Origin: an uncultured virus (IMG/VR IMGVR_UViG_3300009431_000005)
Lineage: Duplodnaviria; Heunggongvirae; Uroviricota; Caudoviricetes
Direction: 5' to 3' (one strand)
DNA: 64,000 bases
IMG/VR virus record: IMGVR_UViG_3300009431_000005
In this document: positions 29,601 to 38,003 of the stretch, in pieces
Numbering within the stretch: position 1 is the stretch's first letter
How the letters are laid out: every line of letters begins with the position of its first letter
The notes under the pieces: model-generated
What the model saw: only the letters and a program-made list of their open reading frames with translations
Databases searched by the model: none
Told to the model about the DNA's origin: nothing
Translations under genes and position numbers: made by a program

Positions 29601-29965
29601 TCCAGGAGCGGGAACGTCTGCATGAGCCGAGGCGTCACGAGGACCGTCGGATCGGGAAGCACAGCGGCGATGCTCCACGCGCCCGTCAGCGACGTGCCGA
29701 CCTCGACGACGTTGTTCCCCTGGAAGTTCGCCTCGCCGATCCCGCCGTACACGCCGACGGCGGACTCGACGGTGCCCTTCAGGTCGAACGCGAAGCTCCC
29801 CGCCACCACGACGGTCCCGGTGACCGGAAGCTCGGTGATGTTGGTCTCGACACCCCCGCCGATGAGCGGCGTGACGATGACCTCCGCGTGCCACGATTCC
29901 GCCCACTTCGCCGTCACCCCGCCCGAGACGAGGACCGGAGGGGAACCGAGGATGTAGTCGACCAT
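26693..29965 (-). CDS. LamG-domain virion protein fused to a C-terminal gp53/LysM-like baseplate domain
   Basis: LamG-like AFSCAVVF...LYVDG...FWNGAISLVAAWDAVLS; C-terminal LDRLAVEFYG...LWWVIAYANAIEDP...GSALVIP. Confidence 0.75.
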   Translation of the reverse strand: MVDYILGSPPVLVSGGVTAKWAESWHAEVIVTPLIGGGVETNITELPVTGTVVVAGSFAFDLKGTVESAVGVYGGIGEANFQGNNVVEVGTSLTGAWSIAAVLPDPTVLVTPRLMQTFPLLDVDIAASGDSPTVLATSVVTDVDIGLYGLRKSPPIVYFNGSNFLARTASDSYLNGGTAFSCAVVFDPEAVHVGTTGTVIAKHNPTDTQAGWRVEWNATTGECTVRICTSLDGTTDLVERTTNVGTDAAGVVGIRKRTVLVFTYTSTGPALNLYVDGSSSQGTQNPTGSPGAMASNTEPFSMGCEEPSNDGANFWNGAISLVAAWDAVLSSGDVAKITSEGNLHEDVVTANLRVAWLPEDIESNETNDRFSQWFDSEQSYRLEIGLAGNTPWIIPGDVSKPFLKRNEWNVDFSDVSDSEVRVQNLNSTRVLSSDSYPSRRLYNVTHTNPNVADVDDWRTGPGDLTIVIIGFKPSGTNTVIFFECYHLELRFDRLTQTLEATIGADNAGSGNPNAILTFTTSAFAPGENRNFNLAFRYNCVDDSADLYINGALYVDPSSAGTNDYQDRTGIVFLDDCDYMAAVAVPACLSIAQIEQIFYGYQQAVHSSGIIGDDDYPERFRYVPPADAGRCRIPADYGTREWTAPDSEPTAAPIRVSTGTCSLSDVPDDGDQFRIDDGTNAAVTFEFDDNASVMETDVMRRVVIAAGDVYTTLTNLKNAINNAPALDIAATHLPLSNDVRVAATRGSYDSEGTTNNAITTPVNGSGNLSATGLEDGTAIEWNRIPHRAMLAPSVLDSFEISDFPYSDSPYVVMEPEDDSGGTPGGTIYGDPLPTIVSVVVSATGHNVTATGNAGPTDAGPVISWWEVELVDGSTEVVCQADYYDQGTFSVNRNQIDTFTIPYGQNWKDKRIRFVVQAVLDGSQVWRSLWFRMEDDGFDNGETETITIPGAETEAPPSVEDLTVTITESLFLLREEEAAARVTIRVAEDSRYKLTAVFRDADRDDGPEFDVMSVLDDFYSVGEDFQIHRVRERDLGFLDRLAVEFYGPGNESLWWVIAYANAIEDPEIMEVGSALVIPSRDRVRQFVARRPS

Positions 29966-29971
29966 CGTGTC

Positions 29972-31771
29972 CTACAGGTAGCGGTACTTCAGGACGTGGA
30001 CGTTGGCAACGCGGGCGGTGTTACCTTCGGTGCTGGCGTTCGTGCGCTCCGCCTGCCAACGCACCACGAGCTGGCGCTGGGCGGTCTCGGTGGAGTCGAC
30101 CGGAACGTCGTACGTGTACGTGGTGAGGGTGTAGCCCGGAAGGCCGTTGTTCGTCCCGGCGGAGTTGAGCGTCAGCTTGTTGACCCACGCGCCGAACTCG
30201 TACACGTCGAACTTCAGCGGGCAGGTGCCCTCGCTGCTCGCGTCGTCCCGGTTCCGCGCGTCGAAGCTGACGCGGTAGATCGTGTCTTCGGGATCGCCGG
30301 TCTGCGGGACAATCGTCCACTCGGTCTCGACCTCCGCGAAGCTGCCCCCATACGCGGGGTCGTTGTAGTTCTCGATGAAGTCGCCGGTGTCGGTGTCGTC
30401 CCAGCCCGTCGACCAGCCCGCAGCGGTGGTCGTGTTCGTGACCGTCGGCGTGTTGAGCGCCCCGAGGTTCGGGAAGGTCAGGCCCGGCGTCCCGGTCATG
30501 ATGTAATACTCGTCGCCCGTCAGCGTGATGGAGACGGTCGCCAGTGCCGCGACGACGTTCGCATTCTCGTAGTAGAGCGCGATGAGCTGGTCGGTGTTGT
30601 ACGTCGGGACGAGATACCAGTCGATCAGCGTGTCCGGGTCCTCGTGGAGACCCGTCGGCGCAGCGAGGTCGCACCACCTGAAGTACGGAGCGGTGAAGAC
30701 CTCCCCCCAATCCGGGCGCGTCTCATCGGTCGCAAGGCTGTTCTCGATCGGCCCGTACAGATCCCCGGCGTTGTCCTCCTTCGACGTAGGCACTTGGATG
30801 AGACGGCCCAGGATGTGCGCACCGCCGCCTCCCGAGATCGCCCTCGGCGAAGGGGCCGTCCACGGCTTGTAGAACGGGAAGATCGGGATCTCGACGTTCT
30901 CCAGGTTGTAGAGATTGCAGCGCACCGGATGGAGCTGCGACTTCAGGTCGTACTGGATCCCGTGGACCGTCGACTCGTACAGCTCGTCGACCGTGTTCCA
31001 CTGCGGCTCAGGCGCTCCCCCCGTCCCCTCCGACTTCAGATAGAGCGGGATGATCGGATTGATCCGGTTGATGTTGGCGTCGACGGTCAGCTCGCGGTTC
31101 GGGATGCGCCCGCCCCCGAAGATGTAGCCACACGCGAGCAAGTCACCGAACTGCTCACGCGACGAGCCCGTCCCGGCGAACAGGAACAGCCCGGAGCGTC
31201 CGAGATAGGCGTACCAGTTGGACACGGCGAGCGTCGCGGAGTTGTACCCGGAGTACCCCGAGTACGGGAGCCAGTCGTCGACCGTCACGCGAGCGCCATC
31301 GTGGTTCCACCCATAGTCCGTCAGCGTCCCGGTCCCCCATCCATAGTTCGATGCGGGCGTGGTCCGGTGCCGCTCGGAGATGTAGATGTTGTCCAGGTTC
31401 GCCGCGCCGTCCTTGCGGATCGCGTCGAAGATGCAGACGTCGTTGTAGTGCTCGCTCGCTCCGGTGTTGACGTTGAACTCCCCGAACCAAGCCGCGACGA
31501 CGATGCAGGGCCGCCACAGCTCGTTGTTGACCGTGAAGGTCGCGGTGTCCGGATAGTCGAACGGGAACAGGCGAGGGGTCGTACTCTCCGACATCACGTA
31601 CTCGGGACTGCCGATCGGGTCCCAAGGCCAGAGTCCGCGCATCGCCACCATGCCGACGGTGTCGAGAGCACGGACGAGGTGCGAGAGGAAGGCCGCCTTC
31701 GAGTAGACGTACACGTTCTCTTCGGCGTACACCTGCGGGAGCGCGGGGCTCGATTGTCCGAATTCGGTCAT
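29972..31771 (-). CDS. Virion structural protein, unknown function
   Basis: 599-aa ORF inside the tail operon, rich in T/G/Y/W. Confidence 0.65.
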   Translation of the reverse strand: MTEFGQSSPALPQVYAEENVYVYSKAAFLSHLVRALDTVGMVAMRGLWPWDPIGSPEYVMSESTTPRLFPFDYPDTATFTVNNELWRPCIVVAAWFGEFNVNTGASEHYNDVCIFDAIRKDGAANLDNIYISERHRTTPASNYGWGTGTLTDYGWNHDGARVTVDDWLPYSGYSGYNSATLAVSNWYAYLGRSGLFLFAGTGSSREQFGDLLACGYIFGGGRIPNRELTVDANINRINPIIPLYLKSEGTGGAPEPQWNTVDELYESTVHGIQYDLKSQLHPVRCNLYNLENVEIPIFPFYKPWTAPSPRAISGGGGAHILGRLIQVPTSKEDNAGDLYGPIENSLATDETRPDWGEVFTAPYFRWCDLAAPTGLHEDPDTLIDWYLVPTYNTDQLIALYYENANVVAALATVSITLTGDEYYIMTGTPGLTFPNLGALNTPTVTNTTTAAGWSTGWDDTDTGDFIENYNDPAYGGSFAEVETEWTIVPQTGDPEDTIYRVSFDARNRDDASSEGTCPLKFDVYEFGAWVNKLTLNSAGTNNGLPGYTLTTYTYDVPVDSTETAQRQLVVRWQAERTNASTEGNTARVANVHVLKYRYL

Positions 31772-31778
31772 GGCTGTC

Positions 31779-32984
31779 CTACGTCACGGGAATCGTGATC
31801 TCACCAGAGGGCCACTCGACCCCGAGCTGCGAGTACCGACCGTTGTCCTCCATACGCGCGACGCGGTAGATCGCGCCGCTCACTGCATCCTGGACGTTCT
31901 GGAACGGAAGCAGGGTGTAGTCGACCGCTGCGAAGCGGAAGATTTGCCTCCAGGCTCGGGGGTCGAGCCAACCCGAATGGCTGGTGGCTGCGACGTCTGC
32001 GCCCGAGTTGCTCGACGCCGCGCACCGCACCTCGATGAGCGACTGCAGCATCATCAGGGGAGAGATGCGGTAGCGATCGCCGAGGGGCGTATTGCAGAGG
32101 CCGAAGGTCGCGTGGGCGTCGAGGTTGATGTCCTCCTCGATGACGACCGAGCTGATCGCCGTGGTCCTCCCCGTCCGGGACGCACCATAGAACGTGTCCC
32201 GGCTGCCGATGTAGTACGGCTCCTGATCGTTCTGGTCGGGCGTGAGGATGTTCCGCGTTCCGCGCGGGGAGTACGGCTGCAAACCCGCCGTGAAGTTCTT
32301 TTCGGCCGCGTCGTTCTGAACCCAGCGGATGTTGCGGCTGACGCAGAAGCGGCAGCCACCCGTGTTCCCATCGTACAGGTCGCAGACGAGGCCCTGCGCC
32401 GTCCACTGCACCGACCCGTCCTGCGTGTGGTGCAGCTCGGGGATCGCGCCGAAGGTCATGATCGCGCCGTGCCCGAGGTTGTTCTCGGCGGCGTCGCGTC
32501 CGACCTCGACGTACAGCCCGTCCTCGCCCCCGATCAGGAGGTAGTTGTTGGGCGCGGTGTCGTCGTACTTGATGCGGATGGAGCCGAAGCGGTACGACTG
32601 CGCAGCACCCGAGCCCGAGGTCCCCACGTAGTCGGGGGTCAGAATCTGCGAGCCCGTCGCCCCGACGTTCTGCAGGAAGGTCTGGATGACGATGTGCTCC
32701 TCGCTCGGGAACAGGGAGGTGCCGGTGCTGGTGTTCGGGTCGGAGTCGTACCAGACGCGGATGCCGCTGTACTGCTGAGAGCCGTCGCCGTCGTACTGCC
32801 ACCGCTCGCGCGAGGCTCGGTCGTCCTTCAGGTAGTAGCGGTCGGTCCCTCCAGGCGACCACGACGCCTCTTCCCAGCCCACGGAAGCGTGCGTCAGGAA
32901 GTTGTCGAACGCCGTGATGATGTTCGTGTGGTCGTGCGTGACGTTGTCGATCGTGAACGTGCCACGAGCCCATTCGTTTGCCAT
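31779..32984 (-). CDS. Virion structural protein, unknown function
   Basis: 401-aa ORF with AGGAG RBS inside the tail operon. Confidence 0.65.
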   Translation of the reverse strand: MANEWARGTFTIDNVTHDHTNIITAFDNFLTHASVGWEEASWSPGGTDRYYLKDDRASRERWQYDGDGSQQYSGIRVWYDSDPNTSTGTSLFPSEEHIVIQTFLQNVGATGSQILTPDYVGTSGSGAAQSYRFGSIRIKYDDTAPNNYLLIGGEDGLYVEVGRDAAENNLGHGAIMTFGAIPELHHTQDGSVQWTAQGLVCDLYDGNTGGCRFCVSRNIRWVQNDAAEKNFTAGLQPYSPRGTRNILTPDQNDQEPYYIGSRDTFYGASRTGRTTAISSVVIEEDINLDAHATFGLCNTPLGDRYRISPLMMLQSLIEVRCAASSNSGADVAATSHSGWLDPRAWRQIFRFAAVDYTLLPFQNVQDAVSGAIYRVARMEDNGRYSQLGVEWPSGEITIPVT

Positions 32985-33040
32985 GTCGAGACCTCCTGGG
33001 GTCGGCGATGCCGCCAGTATAGACGGCCGGTCGGAGGAGT

Positions 33041-33253
33041 CTACTTCCTCCCCGCGCGGGCACGGGCGCGTCTCATCGCCGCGTCGTGCTCACGCTTCTC
33101 TTTTTGCAGTTGCTCGACGAGCTGTCTGACGTGCCCCTCCAGCTCGTCGAAGGGCATGCGCTCGACGTCGCCGTGGGTGTAGCCGTGCCCGTGATAGACG
33201 AGAAAGAACTGGTGCGCCCGAAGCGTCTGCGGATCACAGACTGCTTGGACGAA
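33041..33253 (-). CDS. Startless downstream frame of the tail/baseplate chaperone (candidate +1 frameshift extension)
   Basis: Open frame FVQAVCDPQTLRAHQFFLVYHGHGYTHGDVERMPFDELEGHVRQLVEQLQKEKREHDAAMRRARARAGRK; no start codon before the conserved-looking part. Confidence 0.6.
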   Translation of the reverse strand, partial: FVQAVCDPQTLRAHQFFLVYHGHGYTHGDVERMPFDELEGHVRQLVEQLQKEKREHDAAMRRARARAGRK

Positions 33254-34067
33254 AGAACTCGGCGTCGAACGGCAGAGCCTGCTCGACCGTCGCCCCGCAG
33301 GACGAGCAATCGGGGAAGACTCTGATGTCCACGCCGGGCTCCTTGTCGCTGATGCCGCGCTCCAAGCGGACAGAGTCCGCAGCCGAGAGACGGGTGATGA
33401 AGTCTTGCTTCTGGAGGATGTCGCTGAACTGCTGGCCGTCCCGCTCGATCAGGGAGAGGGCCATGCGATAGGCGTAGCTCGGGTCGGACGAGTCCGCCGT
33501 GCTCATCTTGGTGCGCTTGGCGTGCTTCGTCACGAGGTCCTGGTCGGCCACGCGGAGGAAGCGGCAAGCCACGGTGCATTCCGCGTCGGGAAGCTCGATC
33601 TCGATGGGCTCCGTGAGATCGTCCGACGCAGGCTTCTCGTCGAGGTCGGCCACGATGTCGGTGGTCGCCCGTTCGACGGAGCCGCAGAAGCGGCAGCGGT
33701 ACGTGTAGGTGTACTCCGACCCGAAGGTCATCGTCCGCATTGCCAGCATCAGGAAGAAGCTGTCGGTGAGGAGCAGCTCCTTCGGGCTGAACCCCTCGGG
33801 CAGCTTCGTACACGAGTTGACGACGGCCTCGATCTTGGCGAGGGCGTTCCCACCCTGACCCTGGAGCTTCGCCATCTCGGTGCTGCGCATCTTGCGCATC
33901 TGGACAGCGCCTCCAGGGACCTTCTCGCCGTACAGGACGCCGCGTGAGGGCAGCACGATGGTCGAGTAGCCCAGGGAGGCCCCAGCGGCGGGGGCGGGCT
34001 GTGCGGCTCCCTGGGGAGCCTGAGAGGGGTCTTCGGGCGGTTGCCCGGTGGGTTTCCTTTGAGGCAT
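33234..34067 (-). CDS. T4 gp26/gp51-like baseplate hub / tail assembly chaperone
   Basis: LPSRGVLY, LLLTDSFFLMLAMR...FGSEY, CRFC, CSSC, ends EFFRP; directly after the tube gene. Confidence 0.8.
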   Translation of the reverse strand: MPQRKPTGQPPEDPSQAPQGAAQPAPAAGASLGYSTIVLPSRGVLYGEKVPGGAVQMRKMRSTEMAKLQGQGGNALAKIEAVVNSCTKLPEGFSPKELLLTDSFFLMLAMRTMTFGSEYTYTYRCRFCGSVERATTDIVADLDEKPASDDLTEPIEIELPDAECTVACRFLRVADQDLVTKHAKRTKMSTADSSDPSYAYRMALSLIERDGQQFSDILQKQDFITRLSAADSVRLERGISDKEPGVDIRVFPDCSSCGATVEQALPFDAEFFRPSSL

Positions 34068-34101
34068 TCGGGGCTCCTACGTTCGAAGGAGGTGAAGGCA
34101 C

Positions 34102-34137
34102 AGGGGCCGAGGTGCCGCGATGGACGCCCCGGCCCCT
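34102..34137 (-). terminator. GC-rich stem-loop after the tail tube gene
   Basis: AGGGGCCGGGGCGTC...GGCACCTCGGCCCCT inverted repeat; no clear U-tract. Confidence 0.4.
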
Positions 34138-34168
34138 TAGACGTGGATTCAGTTGAGGTGGAGAGAGA

Positions 34169-34702
34169 TCAGGCCGCAGTCGAGGCCGGGAGGTAGATCA
34201 CCTTGTCGATCGACAGCGTGAGGTTGATCTTGACCCCGTCCTCGGAAGCGAAGTCGGCCTCGCCCGCGTCCAGGGCGGAAGGCCACATGCCGTGCAGCTC
34301 GTACTCGCGCTCGGTCGAACCGTCGGGGCCGTAGCAGACCATCCGACCTTGCTTCGCGTACGTGCCCTTGAAACCGACCTTGCCGTCGACAGGGCTCTGG
34401 ACGAGGTACCGCCACTGGTGGACCAGCGCGGACGTGTCCTTGTCGACGTAGTCGTTGAAGACGATCGTGATGTCGTCGTACGTGATCTGCCCCGCGAACT
34501 TCCGCTTCTCGTTGAGGTACGGGACCTCGATGATGCCTGAGCTGAGCTTCGGCAGCGGGAAGGACGCGAGGGAAAGGGTGAGCAGGTCGTTCGAATTGCC
34601 CTCCAGTCCGACGACGTAGAGGAGGACGTTGTTCGCACGCTGCAGCTCGAAGCCGCCGCCGACTGCTCCGATGTGGTTGGCGTGAAGGGTGTCGAGAGGC
34701 AT
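34169..34702 (-). CDS. Tail tube protein (T4 gp19-like)
   Basis: IEVPYLNEKRKFAG...YDDITIVF...YELHGMWPS; follows the sheath gene. Confidence 0.9.
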   Translation of the reverse strand: MPLDTLHANHIGAVGGGFELQRANNVLLYVVGLEGNSNDLLTLSLASFPLPKLSSGIIEVPYLNEKRKFAGQITYDDITIVFNDYVDKDTSALVHQWRYLVQSPVDGKVGFKGTYAKQGRMVCYGPDGSTEREYELHGMWPSALDAGEADFASEDGVKINLTLSIDKVIYLPASTAA

Positions 34703-34718
34703 GGTAGCTCCTGTGGAA

Positions 34719-37400
34719 TCAGACGCTGAACTCGGCCGTGCCCGAGGACTGCAGGGCGAAGTCGACCTCGATGATCTCCGCAGCGGAGGTGGGGGTGAGG
34801 AACACGATCCCGCGCATCGTCTTCTGCGTGCGCAGGCTGGAGGGGTTGGTCTCGGCGTCGCACTTGACGCTGAACTCCTCCAGACCCCGCTCGGCGGCGA
34901 TCGCCTGCAGGATCGGGTTCACGGTCTGGACGAAGTTCCTCCAGGTCACCGGATCGTTCGGCTCGAAGTTGAGGTACTGGATCGCGGTCGTGATGGCCTT
35001 CTTCGCGTAGAGCAGCATCCGAAGAACGTGGACGCTGTCGAGCGGGCCGTTGACGCGAAGCAGCGTCCGGTTGCCGAAGAGGACGAGTCCCGTGGAGGCG
35101 AAGTTCGAGATCGGGTTGATCCGATTCATGTCGCCCAGTAGCACGTCGCGGTCGTCCCGGCGCGGGTTGAACTCCAGGCGGATGCCGTCGATCGTCCCGC
35201 GCTGGAATCCCGCCGGAGCGCGCCACGGACCGACTTCGTTGTCGGTGCGGGCGTACACCTCCAGAGCACCCGTCGACGGCGGCATCCAGATGTTCGCCGT
35301 CAGGTACTCGGAGTAGACCTCGAACCACGGCCACTGCATCGCGGAGTGGCCGTCGTCGATCTGGACCGTCGGGCTGTTGGCGATTGCGAAGGCGTCCCCG
35401 TTGTGCCAGTCCACAGCCTGATCGCGCGTCAGGCCGAAGGGCGGGTCGATGAGGGCCATCGCGTCGCCGCGCTCGACGACGGTCTCGATCATGGCGTCGA
35501 TCACGTCGGTGTGCGAGATGCCCGGGATGGCGAGCACGTTGAACTCGGTCAGCTCGGCATCGCGCAGAGCCTGGAGTCCGGTCGCCACTCCGGTCGCACT
35601 GAGCGACCCGACGTAGTCGGTGGAGACCAATCCGGTGATCCCGTCGAGCCCGGCGGTGTACGCCGCGACGTTGAGCCCGGTCTGGCCGAGGGTGTACGTG
35701 CCGGTGTACGGCGCGTGCGTGGCGACGACCGTCGCGCGGAGATAGTCCGACGCGGCGTACTCGCCCCTGATCCCTTCGGACAGCACCTTGGTCACGTACC
35801 GGGCGCTGGCCGCCGTGTTGTCGAGGTTCGAGTAGTTCTCGACCACCTGCACCGTGCCGTCGCTGTCGACCGGAGCGGAGATCGAGAGGTCGTACGAGGT
35901 CGCGCCCGCACCGACGGCCGCGCTCGGCGTGGTGACGGCGACGACCACTCCATCGCCCCAGCTCCCCGGCGAGGACGCCGCGAAGGTGAGCGAGTTCGCG
36001 GGCGTGCCAGCGGAGGGGTCCACACCGCCCGCAAAGCCCGCCAGCGTAGCGGGAGAGCCCGTGCCGGTGATGGTCACGTTCCCGAGCGAACCGGCCGCCA
36101 CGGTGTTCGTCACCGTCACGAACGGATCACCACCGGAGCCGAGGGCCGCGATCACGGCGGAGTTGCCCGCGAGACGCTGAGCCTCGATCGCCGCCTGCAG
36201 GTTGGCAGCGGTGAGAGCGGCGGTCGTACCGATGCTCACGGCGACGTTGCTACCCCCGACCGTCGAGGCGTCCGCACCGCCGCTCATGCCGGTGAGCGTG
36301 ATGACGGCACCCGCCTCGTTCTCGGTCATCGCCACGTTGCCGTGCGCCCCCGCCGTGTCGTTGACGAGGTCCGCCGAATCGCCCGAGCCCGCCGAAGCGG
36401 TGATGGCGAGTAGCGGCGTGTCCGTGTTGATCTTGTTGATGAGCGCAGCGATCGCGGTGGTCGCGCTCGCGCCCGTGATGACCTCACGGTACTGGTCGGT
36501 CTCGGTGATCGACGAGGACGCTTGCCACTCGTACGTGACGGCGGGGTTGACCCCGTCGTCGATCATGATCTGGTCACCGTCCGTCGGGATGCCCGACAGC
36601 GCGACGTTACCCGTCGCAGCGACGGCCGCGTCGAACTCGTAGATGATGACGTTCGAGCTGGCCGCTCCGCCGGACATGCCGGTGAACGCGATCACGTTGT
36701 TGGTGTCCGTCTCGGTGATGGCGACGTTGCCGCCCGTGCCCGAGGTGCTGTTGGTCAGGTTGACCGTAGCGCCGACCACGGTCGCGCCGATCGTCAGGAC
36801 CGGAGCGTTCTCGACGGCTTGCTGCAGGTTGGCAGCGGTGATCGCGGGGGTCGCCCCGATCACGACCTCACGCAGCACGTTCGTCTGCGTGATGGTCCCC
36901 GCCGAAGCCTCGAACTGGAAGGTCACGGCCGGGTTGGTCCCGTCGTCGAGGACGACCTGATCGTTCGCAGCCGGAGCACCCGAGAGGGTCACGGTGCCCG
37001 TCGCGCGCACGGCCGCGTCCGGGATGGTGATGGTGTCACCGTTGTCCGGATTGGTGCCGCCCGAGAACGTGATCGTACCCTCGGCAGCGGTGCCGCCGAC
37101 GGCCGACTGCGCACCCTGCACCGTCGCGTCGGAGGTCGCCTCGCCGTTGGCGACGCGCAGGTACACGAGCTGCTGTCCGTGCTTGAGGAACTGGATCGCG
37201 GTCAGGAGCCCGTAGTCGCTGTCGACCGGGTATCCGAACTTGGCGATCAGGTCGGGCTCGGACGTGATGACCGTGGGTTCGTCCACGTCACCCTTCGTCG
37301 CGCCCCCCACGATCGCCGGGGTCGTCTGACCCAGCACGACCGCGTAGTCGTTGAAGGTCAGCTCGTTGGTGTAGATGCCGGGTGAGATCCTTCCAGCCAT
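34719..37400 (-). CDS. Tail sheath protein (T4 gp18-like) with inserted domains
   Basis: SPGIYTNE, GGATKG, WMPPS, PWRAPAGFQRG, RINPI, FGNRTL, FEPNDPVTW. Confidence 0.95.
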   Translation of the reverse strand: MAGRISPGIYTNELTFNDYAVVLGQTTPAIVGGATKGDVDEPTVITSEPDLIAKFGYPVDSDYGLLTAIQFLKHGQQLVYLRVANGEATSDATVQGAQSAVGGTAAEGTITFSGGTNPDNGDTITIPDAAVRATGTVTLSGAPAANDQVVLDDGTNPAVTFQFEASAGTITQTNVLREVVIGATPAITAANLQQAVENAPVLTIGATVVGATVNLTNSTSGTGGNVAITETDTNNVIAFTGMSGGAASSNVIIYEFDAAVAATGNVALSGIPTDGDQIMIDDGVNPAVTYEWQASSSITETDQYREVITGASATTAIAALINKINTDTPLLAITASAGSGDSADLVNDTAGAHGNVAMTENEAGAVITLTGMSGGADASTVGGSNVAVSIGTTAALTAANLQAAIEAQRLAGNSAVIAALGSGGDPFVTVTNTVAAGSLGNVTITGTGSPATLAGFAGGVDPSAGTPANSLTFAASSPGSWGDGVVVAVTTPSAAVGAGATSYDLSISAPVDSDGTVQVVENYSNLDNTAASARYVTKVLSEGIRGEYAASDYLRATVVATHAPYTGTYTLGQTGLNVAAYTAGLDGITGLVSTDYVGSLSATGVATGLQALRDAELTEFNVLAIPGISHTDVIDAMIETVVERGDAMALIDPPFGLTRDQAVDWHNGDAFAIANSPTVQIDDGHSAMQWPWFEVYSEYLTANIWMPPSTGALEVYARTDNEVGPWRAPAGFQRGTIDGIRLEFNPRRDDRDVLLGDMNRINPISNFASTGLVLFGNRTLLRVNGPLDSVHVLRMLLYAKKAITTAIQYLNFEPNDPVTWRNFVQTVNPILQAIAAERGLEEFSVKCDAETNPSSLRTQKTMRGIVFLTPTSAAEIIEVDFALQSSGTAEFSV

Positions 37401-37447
37401 GATTCGTCGTCCTTCTCAGCGGTTTGCGGAGTGCGGGTCCTGTCGGC

Positions 37448-37765
37448 TCAGCCGATCTGGATGTGCCCCTTGGCCGCGAGGATCTCGGTGTGCTCGGTGA
37501 GCAGATCCTCGCGCAAGAGACCGGAGTATTCCCGGGGCAGGAGCTTGATCTCCTCCACGGACCCGGCGTCGTTGACGACGGAGGCGAAAAGGGTCTGCGA
37601 CAGCATGTTCCTCAGACGGACGTAGCGGGGCTTCACCTTGAGGACGGGGTTGCGAGGAGGGGTCGCCGGGCTCGACGACTTGCTTCTCTTCGCGGGAGGG
37701 GTCGCAGCTTCCGGCGCAACCGTGGTCGCGTCGGTGGTCGGTTCGGTGGTCTTCTTCTCGGGCAT
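37448..37765 (-). CDS. Hypothetical protein upstream of the sheath gene
   Basis: MPEKKTTEP...; GAGGA RBS; alternative start at 37771. Confidence 0.6.
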   Translation of the reverse strand: MPEKKTTEPTTDATTVAPEAATPPAKRSKSSSPATPPRNPVLKVKPRYVRLRNMLSQTLFASVVNDAGSVEEIKLLPREYSGLLREDLLTEHTEILAAKGHIQIG

Positions 37766-37787
37766 GGTCATTCCTCGCGTGAGTAGT

Positions 37788-38003
37788 CTATCCGGCCGCC
37801 GCAGGTGCGGAGAAGGGGCAGTCGGGAAGGTGTGCGGAACGAGACCGCAGGGTTTCGGCGAGCCTCTCCACGTCGAAGCGTCTGCCCCGAGTGACCATGC
37901 GGACCAGGACCGGCTGCACGCGGCGGTGCCACGCGGCGTATCGCTCGAACTCGGGGGTCTCCCGACAGGAGCAAGCGCGATCCTTACAGCTCGTGGCCTG
38001 CAT
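37788..38003 (-). CDS. Small hypothetical Cys/His-containing protein
   Basis: MQATSCKDRACSC...HLPDCPF fills the gap between genes. Confidence 0.35.
   Translation of the reverse strand: MQATSCKDRACSCRETPEFERYAAWHRRVQPVLVRMVTRGRRFDVERLAETLRSRSAHLPDCPFSAPAAAG

Noticed and set aside
17336..37400. Extracellular contractile injection system or tailocin interpretation
   Set aside because: Major capsid, prohead protease and neck genes are contiguous with the tail genes, indicating a phage
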